Assembly (NCBI GenBank): GCA_963713825.1
Contig: CAVQNG010000014.1
Coordinates: 283,596 to 347,595, forward strand
Direction of reading: 5' to 3'
DNA length: 64,000 bases
Source: an uncultured Acidobacteriota bacterium
GTDB taxonomy: Bacteria > Acidobacteriota > Thermoanaerobaculia > Multivoradales > JAHEKO01
Shown here piece after piece: positions 9,367-16,877 of this stretch (within the stretch, counting starts at the first letter, position 1; each line of letters starts with the position of its first letter). The notes under the pieces are model-generated. The model ran no database searches and was not told where the DNA came from. It worked only from the letters and a program-made list of their open reading frames with translations. A program made the position numbers and the translations under genes.

Positions 9367-10482
9367 TCAGGGCAAGAAGGCCTTCTTGTTGGCCATCTTG
9401 CGCGGCAGGTACTCGTCGATCACGAAGTTGAGACCGTGTTTGGCGAGAGCCTGCTGCTCGACGCGAACGCCCATGCGGATCTGCTTCTGGAGCGCCTCCT
9501 GCCAGAGGCGGTGATGCTGGATGAAGGGATCATTCTTCAGCGCATCTTTGGCTCGTTTGACATCGACGTCCTTCAATGGATGCGTGGGCAGGTCGTATTC
9601 CTCGATGTCGTCAGGTGTGACACCCAGGAACCGTGCCTGGGGGACGCAGAAGAACTCGTTCAGGTGAGCGGCATTGCCCGAGCCCGCTTTGAGAGTTCGG
9701 TAGATGTTGCTGTAACCGTAGGGATCTCCGTCGACAAAGACATACACGGGTAGGTGGTGATCGTCGGCGAGACGTCGAATGAACCTCCTGCAAGCTCTCG
9801 TCGGTACTCCCCCAAGGGAGATGAGGATGCAGTTCGCCGAGCGCCAGTAGGCGTGCTTGACCAGCCGCTGGAACATGCCAGCCGTCTCGATGGCCAGGAT
9901 GAACTCCGCGCTGGTCTCGAATTTGAGCTGTTCGACCGAAATGGGGATGGAGTAGGCGCCACTTCCGAAGCGCGTGCAGTCGATGCGGAGACTCTCACCG
10001 GTCTCCCGATCGTGGTCGATGACGACGAGCTGGCCAGCGACATCGCCTCCCTTTTCCTCCGGGATGAAGCCGAGTTGTTCGCGATTGACGCCGAAGAGTG
10101 CTTCGACATCGTCGATGACCGTGTCACTCTCCGGTTGTTCGTTGAATCGGGCATCGTCCCAGTTCTTGCTGACGTAGTAGGCCTCTCTCTTGGTGGCGAT
10201 ATCGTCGGTTTCGACCAGCTCCTTGCTGAAGGCCATCATGCGAAGAGTCTGCGCAAAGGTCTTGACTGTGCCGACAGTGAGCGTGCGTTCCTTCTTGCGG
10301 CCTTTGATCTCGAAATGCCCTTTCTTGGGCCGGTAGATGACGTTGGACAAGCTGCGCACCGGAAACTTCATGGACGGGGTCTTGCGTTGCAGGATCTTGG
10401 TGCGGATGCCGCTAGCTTCGGCGCGGATTCGTTTGGCCACCGATGAGGCGGCCGGCTTGGAAGACGTCTTGGAAGGCATCAA
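9367..10482 (-). CDS. top6A: DNA topoisomerase VI subunit A (Spo11 family)
   Basis: Catalytic Tyr motif TKREAYY, QPESDTVIDDVE, Toprim ILAIE, GVPTRACRRF, DGDPYG. Confidence 0.93.
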   Translation of the reverse strand: MMPSKTSSKPAASSVAKRIRAEASGIRTKILQRKTPSMKFPVRSLSNVIYRPKKGHFEIKGRKKERTLTVGTVKTFAQTLRMMAFSKELVETDDIATKREAYYVSKNWDDARFNEQPESDTVIDDVEALFGVNREQLGFIPEEKGGDVAGQLVVIDHDRETGESLRIDCTRFGSGAYSIPISVEQLKFETSAEFILAIETAGMFQRLVKHAYWRSANCILISLGGVPTRACRRFIRRLADDHHLPVYVFVDGDPYGYSNIYRTLKAGSGNAAHLNEFFCVPQARFLGVTPDDIEEYDLPTHPLKDVDVKRAKDALKNDPFIQHHRLWQEALQKQIRMGVRVEQQALAKHGLNFVIDEYLPRKMANKKAFLP

Positions 10483-10541
10483 AGGCTCCTTGGGTAGAGC
10501 TCGATCATCATGACGAGACTTAGGTGTTTCAATCCGGGGAT

Positions 10542-12128
10542 CTACATCTTTCGGCTGCGGGCCAGGGTGGCGGTGAGCGTGTCGACGATCTCGGCTTCCT
10601 GCTTCTTGCTCAACCCCAGAATGTCCTGCAGAGCGATGCCGATGTGAGGGATGTACTGTTCGATGTAGGCCCTCTTGCGGTCCGCATCCCGGCGGCGTTG
10701 CGCACGTTTTACATGCTGGGAGAGTTTTCGCCCGAGCTCCTGCAAGGCGAGCTTCATCTCGCGGATGATCTCGTCGTAGCCGGCGACGGCTTCTTTGCTT
10801 TCACTGGTGAAGGGGACCCATACGCTGGCAACATGGGCCATGAGGATCATCGGTCCACTGGGTAGGGCACCTCTGCTCTGTTGGAGACCGTAGGCCTTCC
10901 AATTGGTGGATAGGACGCTCTTGAACAGAGCACACCCACCCTGCTGGTAGAGCAGGGGGACCCGATTTGCGAATCGATAGAGGGAGATGAGATTGTCTGC
11001 AGGCTGCTCTCCACCATAGGCCAGTGCGACTTCGACCTGAAAGGGATTGCCTCTGTAGACGGCAGGCGAGCGGCTGACGGCGGCATAGAAATCGGCCTCG
11101 ATCTGCTCTTTCAGACTGGCCAGCAATCGGTCTTCGCCGATCGGCGAAAGGCAGTTGGTTGGCGGTGCGGGAATTCGCACTTGGCGAATCGAGGCGACAA
11201 GTTTCTCAGCGCCCTCAGCGGTGATCCGTTTCGGGGAGCTCTTCGGCTGTAGCTCGGCGCCGTCCACGATCCGCTGTGCGAGGGTCGGACCGATGCGACT
11301 GAATTCGGTTTGGAGGAAGGTGTTCAATCGTCGTGCCTGAGTCTCTTTCAGCATGCGAAGAAGTAGACCGACCTCGACTCCATAGGGGTGGGGCTGAATT
11401 TCCAGAGCCTCGGTTGGCAGGTGCACCGAGGCGCGCCGGAAGACGAGAACATCCTCTTCGCCGGGCCCCTGAAAGTGAATCTCGACGTGAGGGTTGGCCA
11501 GTGCTGTCTGGCGAAGATAGGTCTCGACTCCGTGCCTACCCTTCTTGTAGGTGCCTTCGAGCTCGATCGTGACCCGAGTGCCGTGCGCAGTGTCCCACTC
11601 GACCTCGAGGTCCTTTTTGATGACCGGCTGGTTGCGCAGGGTGTCGATGACCAACTCGTAGCGATGAGCGGGCTTTCTCCGACTTGTTCGACTCTCGATG
11701 ACGATGGGCTTGCCGGTCGTCAGCTGGCCGTACATGCCGGCGGCGCTGATGCCGATTCCCTGTTGGCCGCGACTCTGTCGAAGGCGATGGAACTTCGAGC
11801 CGTACAGCAACTTGCCAAAGATCTTCGGGATCTGAGCTCTGACGATTCCCGGTCCGTTGTCTCTCACCTCGACGCGAAAACGACTCTCGGCGACCGGATG
11901 AATCGCGATTTCCAGATTGGGCAGGATCCCAGCCTCTTCGCAGGCGTCCAGGGAGTTGTCGACCGCTTCCTTGATGGTGGTGAGGAGAGCCTTGGTCGGG
12001 GAATCGAACCCCAGGAGGTGTCGGTTCTTGGTAAAGAACTCGCTGACCGAAATCTCCCGTTGCCGTGCCGCCATGCTCTTGGCGGTGGCGCGGCGTGGAG
12101 GCGCAGGGGGAGCAGTCTTCTTCTTCAA
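10542..12128 (-). CDS. top6B: DNA topoisomerase VI subunit B (GHKL ATPase + H2TH + transducer)
   Basis: ISVSEFFTKNRHLLGF, KEAVDNSLDACEE, DNGPGI, YGSKF, SRGQQGIGIS, PHPYGV, RFANRVPLLY, VPFTSESKE. Confidence 0.95.
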   Translation of the reverse strand: MKKKTAPPAPPRRATAKSMAARQREISVSEFFTKNRHLLGFDSPTKALLTTIKEAVDNSLDACEEAGILPNLEIAIHPVAESRFRVEVRDNGPGIVRAQIPKIFGKLLYGSKFHRLRQSRGQQGIGISAAGMYGQLTTGKPIVIESRTSRRKPAHRYELVIDTLRNQPVIKKDLEVEWDTAHGTRVTIELEGTYKKGRHGVETYLRQTALANPHVEIHFQGPGEEDVLVFRRASVHLPTEALEIQPHPYGVEVGLLLRMLKETQARRLNTFLQTEFSRIGPTLAQRIVDGAELQPKSSPKRITAEGAEKLVASIRQVRIPAPPTNCLSPIGEDRLLASLKEQIEADFYAAVSRSPAVYRGNPFQVEVALAYGGEQPADNLISLYRFANRVPLLYQQGGCALFKSVLSTNWKAYGLQQSRGALPSGPMILMAHVASVWVPFTSESKEAVAGYDEIIREMKLALQELGRKLSQHVKRAQRRRDADRKRAYIEQYIPHIGIALQDILGLSKKQEAEIVDTLTATLARSRKM

Positions 12129-12238
12129 TGGATCACTGCCTTTCTCTCGGGCTGTGGCCTATCGCCGGACGGGCTCGGTCCTGCGACAGCAGACCAGTCC
12201 CTGGCCCGTCGTCGTCGCTGAGGTCTTGGGGAAGGCTG

Positions 12239-13159
12239 TCAACCGTGAAAAACCCTACGCCGATGCCAATCCAGAAAGGCCGGTCGAGGTCGATGCTCGA
12301 GCGTTTCTGGAGTCGTGATGGAAGCTCCGTCGAGGGTGAGGTAGACATCGGAACCGGCATAGTCGCGACTCAGAAGGCGACTCGCCCGGATCTGGTAGTC
12401 ATCAGTGAGCGTCAGATACCCACGGTCGAAGAGTCGGCGCAAATCGGACCTCAGAAGCAGGCCATTGTCGACGCGATGGAGCCCACCCTGCGCTGGAGGG
12501 CGGATATGTGCGACTTCGAGAGCGGGCAGAGTCGGGTCTCCGGTCATGGCGCAACGCCGCTCATAGGCGTCTGTGACCAGGATCCGAAAGGCTCCAGGAC
12601 CCAATCTGGGAGGGGCCAGCGGGGGTTCACCGAACATCTCTGCCTGGGGCTCGAGTATTCGCCCGATATGCAGGGCGGACATGCGGCTTCGAACGTCTTC
12701 CCACAGAGACTTCCCGGCAGGTTTCGCAGTGTCGTATACCTTGCCCTGCACGATGCTCTTGGAGAAATCCTTCGGCGGCTCCAGCCAATCGGCCTCGTCG
12801 AAGTAGAACGGCCTCTCGAGGACGATCGAGCCGACGTCGTAGTCCTCGCCCCGCTTCGAGGGTTCCCGTCGATATCTTTGGATGCGCCTCTTGAGGGCCT
12901 CCGGAGTGACGGCACCGTTGCCCTCACCGAATACCTCCCAGGCGAGGCTCGCAGGCAGCAAGGATGAATGGGCGAAGAATCCTCCGCCGACAATGAAGGG
13001 GCGGGGACTGTGCAGCTTGAACAGGAATGGCTCTCCAGGTGTCAGTGCCTGGAATCGTCTCCGACCTCCCGGTTGCAGAAAGTTGATCTCGTCCAGGTCT
13101 GGACGGGTTCGCAGGAACTGAAACAGTCGGTCGTCGGTGACCGCGACGTAAATCTTCAT
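12239..13159 (-). CDS. HNH endonuclease (putative restriction-endonuclease type), apparently degenerate
   Basis: FRILVTDAYERRCAMTG, LEVAHIRP, NGLLLRSDL-R-RLFDRGY, LDWHRRRVF; N-terminal MKIYVAVTD..DEINF..FLFKLH domain. Confidence 0.85.
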   Translation of the reverse strand: MKIYVAVTDDRLFQFLRTRPDLDEINFLQPGGRRRFQALTPGEPFLFKLHSPRPFIVGGGFFAHSSLLPASLAWEVFGEGNGAVTPEALKRRIQRYRREPSKRGEDYDVGSIVLERPFYFDEADWLEPPKDFSKSIVQGKVYDTAKPAGKSLWEDVRSRMSALHIGRILEPQAEMFGEPPLAPPRLGPGAFRILVTDAYERRCAMTGDPTLPALEVAHIRPPAQGGLHRVDNGLLLRSDLRRLFDRGYLTLTDDYQIRASRLLSRDYAGSDVYLTLDGASITTPETLEHRPRPAFLDWHRRRVFHG

Positions 13160-13313
13160 CTCTCGGCTCGCTTCGACTCCTGCCAAATGTACCGCTTTCC
13201 GCGAGCAAGGTCGATACCTGCAGCGGTACTGAGCGGGTAGTCCCAGTCGTTTCTCGAGCTCGATATCCCATGCAGAGTTTCAGGGATCGGGTCCGACGAT
13301 CGAGCGAGTTGCT

Positions 13314-15158
13314 TCAGTTGGGGATCGACAGCCGCTGCCCGGGGAAGATCGTGCTGCGCTTGGAGAGTCCATTGACACTCATCAGGCTGCTCAGGGAGAC
13401 ACCCTGCCTCTGCGCAATGCGACCGAGGGTGTCCCCTCTTTGGACGACATAAGTGCCGCCGCTCGTCGTCGGTGCCGCCGAGGCGCTGCGTATTCTGAGT
13501 GACTGCCCTGGCCTGAGCATGGTGCTGGACAGGTTGTTGTCGCGTTTGAGGCGGTCAATCGTCGTGCCGTAGCGACTGGCGAGGAGCCAGAGACTGTCGC
13601 CACCTCGAACGGTGTACTGAATCTCCTGGCCTGGAGGAATGGGATTCGACGCGTAGGTTGCCCTGGGACGGCCCTCAGGCACCTGCAATTGCTGTCCCGT
13701 CCCGATCCTATTGGCGCTGCGTAGATTGTTCATGTCCATCAGCGTCCGCACGCTGGTGCCGTACCGAGAAGCGATTCCGGAGAGTGTCTCGCCTCTGCGT
13801 ACTCGATGGACCGTGTAGGAGGTCGAGGGTGCGTCCCATTCGGGCACCTGGTCCAAGCTGGCCAGCAGGTACTCTGCTTGCCCCGTGGGAACCTTGACTT
13901 CATAGGGATCGGTCGGAGTGGCCTGACGCCGTAGCTCCGGGTTCAGTGCCGCGAGAGTTCCGCTTGACAACCCCAAGACCTGGTCGAGAGCGGTGAGCTC
14001 GGCAGAGCGCTCGATCTCGAGAGTTTCCCATTCGAGTGGAGCTGCCGGTTCCGGAAGGTCGAAGCCGTAGGCTGCAGGATCACTGACAATCTGCAGCACG
14101 GCAAGAAAGCGGGGCACATAGCGACGGGTCTCGCGGGGCAGCCGAGTGTAGATGTCCCAAAACTGATCGAAGTACCCTTGGCTTTGGCTGTTGATCCCGC
14201 GTAGCACGTTACCCTCGCCGCAGTTGTACCCGGCCAGGGCGGTCAACCAGTCGCCAAAAAGGTTGTGAAGGTCGGTCAGGTACCCAATGGCCCCGATCGT
14301 GGCCTTCTCGGGATCCATCCGCTCGTCGATCCACCAGGAGCGTTCCAGGCCATATCGGTAGCCAGTCGAGGAGATGAACTGCCAGAGTCCCAATGCCCGA
14401 GCGCGGGAGAGGGCTCGCACCTTGAAGCCGCTCTCGACAAGCGGTAGCCAACTGATCTGCTCCGGCAGTCCGGCCTTCTTCAGCTCCTCGAGGATCATGG
14501 GTCGATAGAGCCCGGATCGGATGTAGGACTCGAGGAAGAAGTCCCGTTCGGGGCCCTGAAAGCTCTTGATCTCACGCTCGACGTACTCGTTGAGAACCAT
14601 CGGAATCGATCGAGCGACATCGCCGACGGCCGTCTGTCGGGAGGCATAGATCTCGATCACCCGGCGAGAGATCAAATGGCGAAGATCTTCCTTCTCCTGT
14701 GCTAGCAGGGGATCGCCGTTCAGCGGCGCTGCGGCCATGAGCTCGTAGGCCCGGTCGAGGGCGGCGAAGGCATCGTCGAAGTTGCCCTGCTTCCAGAAGA
14801 TATCCGCCGACTCGTAGGCCTCGAGCGAGTCCTGCAACAGCGCCACACTCTGGTCGTGGTCGGCTGCGATCGAAGAGGACCCATCGACGATCTCATCCGG
14901 GAAGTCGGAATCGCCGAGGATCTCTGACTCGATGGGCTCGCCGGGCTGCAGCGCGAAGGCATCGCCCTCCTCATCCTGTCGGTCTGCCGTGGAGTCCTCC
15001 GGTCCTGCCGCCTCTTCAGCGATTGTTTCCGGTGGCGACTGTCCCTCGGAGGGCGAGTAGAAGACCTGGACTGAGGAGGAGGGTGGGTTGCTCCGGCAAC
15101 CCAGCACTGGGAGAAGGAACACGACTCCGGTCAGGAGTAGGAGGATACGACGCATCAT
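13314..15158 (-). CDS. mltD: Lytic murein transglycosylase with 3 LysM domains (MltD-like lipoprotein)
   Basis: Lipobox VLGC, SLT motifs VESGF, GLWQF, AGYNCGEG, ETRRYVP, and three LysM repeats (VRRGETLSGIA, VRGGDSLW, VQRGDTLGRIA). Confidence 0.9.
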   Translation of the reverse strand: MMRRILLLLTGVVFLLPVLGCRSNPPSSSVQVFYSPSEGQSPPETIAEEAAGPEDSTADRQDEEGDAFALQPGEPIESEILGDSDFPDEIVDGSSSIAADHDQSVALLQDSLEAYESADIFWKQGNFDDAFAALDRAYELMAAAPLNGDPLLAQEKEDLRHLISRRVIEIYASRQTAVGDVARSIPMVLNEYVEREIKSFQGPERDFFLESYIRSGLYRPMILEELKKAGLPEQISWLPLVESGFKVRALSRARALGLWQFISSTGYRYGLERSWWIDERMDPEKATIGAIGYLTDLHNLFGDWLTALAGYNCGEGNVLRGINSQSQGYFDQFWDIYTRLPRETRRYVPRFLAVLQIVSDPAAYGFDLPEPAAPLEWETLEIERSAELTALDQVLGLSSGTLAALNPELRRQATPTDPYEVKVPTGQAEYLLASLDQVPEWDAPSTSYTVHRVRRGETLSGIASRYGTSVRTLMDMNNLRSANRIGTGQQLQVPEGRPRATYASNPIPPGQEIQYTVRGGDSLWLLASRYGTTIDRLKRDNNLSSTMLRPGQSLRIRSASAAPTTSGGTYVVQRGDTLGRIAQRQGVSLSSLMSVNGLSKRSTIFPGQRLSIPN

Positions 15159-15385
15159 GATCGGGCGGCGTAAGGATAGCTCAGTGTTGGTGGCGTGCGC
15201 TGTCACTCTCGTCACAAGTTCTCACCGGTTCATCGGGGGTCGACCCGAGTTCAATGGGTGCCGGCTCGCCTATCTGCTACCCGGCGTTGACGCACGAGTA
15301 TATGCGAGCCGATCGACAGGGTCGGGGTCGCCCTCAGAGCAGTGGATCTCGGCGGCGGGCCTCAGCGAGCCGGAATCGGAGTTCC

Positions 15386-16714
15386 CTAACGTACGCAGCC
15401 CCGCAGCCAGCGTCCATCGAGGGTGACATAGGCGGTGAGGTCGCGGCGAACGCCAGTCTCGGGATCGGGGCAGGGTTCTTGGTTGATCACCACCTTGAGA
15501 TTGTGAGGTGGGTCGCCGGCCACCGAAGTGACGTAGGTTTCGCCATTTGCCGAACGCTTCGGAATGGCGTAGGGAAAACGGATGGAATCGCCCGCCGCTG
15601 GACTCGCGTAGACGATTCCCGTGGCCTCGATGTTCACGGTCCAGACTGGCGGTCCGCCTGCAATGGCGATCCGAGATGGGTCGGAGTCGGGAACGACAGA
15701 TGGAGACGGTTTCGGAGGTGTGGGCGCCGTGGGGGGTGGTTGACTAGCGCTGTCTGCGATCACAGCGCAGTCCGTGTTCTGGGCGTCGGCTTTCAGAAGC
15801 TCGATGACGGTGACCTGCCTGGCGTAGTGAGCGCCAAAGCCCGACGCTGGAGCAGGCCCCATAGCCCCGCGGAAATGAATCAAGAGCGGCAGGTTGGGAG
15901 CCGAAACCCCACTCCGATAGACCTTCCACAACTCCTGACCGCTGTCGTCTTCGATCCAGATGCTCGCTTCCTCGCCGCAAGGAGTGAAGGAGCGGGCCTC
16001 GATCCCGGAGCCAATGGTCAATGTGCCCATGATCGACTTCCCATTGACGGTCGAGGTACTGGACGGACTCGATGCGGAGATAGCTACTGGCCTCTCGGCA
16101 GGCACGACAGCCGATGTCGCTGTGGTTGGCGGAGTCGGCTCGGTGGCGACGATCTGCTCCTCGGCAGGGACGGTAGCTGGCGTCGATTCGGACGCCGTTG
16201 TGGGGAGTGCTGCCGCAGCCACTGGTGGAGCCGGGGCGGTTTCAGGTTCGATCGCGGGCGTCTCGACGGGAGCAGCTGGCGGGGAGGCGAGTGGTTCCGA
16301 AGTTACCTCCGGTACGGCAAGCTCTTCGACTTCGGTCGCTCTGCGGTCCGAGATCGCTGGCTCGGCGAAGGTCTCGAACTCTTCGAGGACCTGAACGACC
16401 TTGTACCGGGTTCGTTGAGGCTCGCTTTCGCCCATCGCTGGATCCAATTCGACCAACAGAATGTAGGCGACACCTTCCCGGTAGTAGAAGTTGCTGATGC
16501 TACCTTCGAAGACACTCCAGTCGTCGTACTGCTCCGCCTTTGTCTGATAGCAGAGGCGGGCAGGGTCGCTGGGACAGTCCACCAGCTCGTGGCCGACCCA
16601 GAGCTCGAAGAGCCCGGGCTTTTGCGCCATGGCCTCAGAGCCGTAGCTGAGAGCTCCAACCGCGAAGAAAACAAGAATGCACCGCTTGAAAAGAGAGATC
16701 ATCGAGTTCAACAC
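15386..16714 (-). CDS. Secreted multidomain protein: DUF4377-like, Pro/Ala/Thr linker, OB-like domain, COG3650-like C-terminus
   Basis: Signal peptide; VDC...CYQ..W..F..ISNFYYREG; low-complexity linker; RSFTPCG; C-terminal PCPD...WLRGC. Confidence 0.6.
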   Translation of the reverse strand: MLNSMISLFKRCILVFFAVGALSYGSEAMAQKPGLFELWVGHELVDCPSDPARLCYQTKAEQYDDWSVFEGSISNFYYREGVAYILLVELDPAMGESEPQRTRYKVVQVLEEFETFAEPAISDRRATEVEELAVPEVTSEPLASPPAAPVETPAIEPETAPAPPVAAAALPTTASESTPATVPAEEQIVATEPTPPTTATSAVVPAERPVAISASSPSSTSTVNGKSIMGTLTIGSGIEARSFTPCGEEASIWIEDDSGQELWKVYRSGVSAPNLPLLIHFRGAMGPAPASGFGAHYARQVTVIELLKADAQNTDCAVIADSASQPPPTAPTPPKPSPSVVPDSDPSRIAIAGGPPVWTVNIEATGIVYASPAAGDSIRFPYAIPKRSANGETYVTSVAGDPPHNLKVVINQEPCPDPETGVRRDLTAYVTLDGRWLRGCVR

Positions 16715-16877
16715 AACTTCCTCCTGCCTCCGTCACCCTGCGCCTCATGGTTCCAGCTTGATCACGTCTAGGAATGCTACACGATCAGTGGCCGGATGAG
16801 ACGACGGCCTTCGGTCCTGGTGATCAGGGCCGAGACCCAAACAAGTGCCAATTTGGGAAGAAGGCTGCCGGCGACAG

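Noticed and set aside
9367-13159. Wadjet/JetD-like or other Toprim defence system
   Set aside because: No SMC or kleisin genes are present, and both subunits carry full canonical Topo VI motifs.
15159-15385. Possible c-di-AMP (ydaO) riboswitch before mltD
   Set aside because: The conserved aptamer segments are not recognisable.
15254-16771. Long shadow ORFs (also 12065-12967 +, 55927-57351 -, 44761-45762 -, 3659-4525 +)
   Set aside because: They are antisense to well-supported genes, which is expected at high GC, and have no recognisable motifs.
16837-16852. Sigma54-like TGGCAC upstream of the gene starting at 16714
   Set aside because: No GC at the -12 position.
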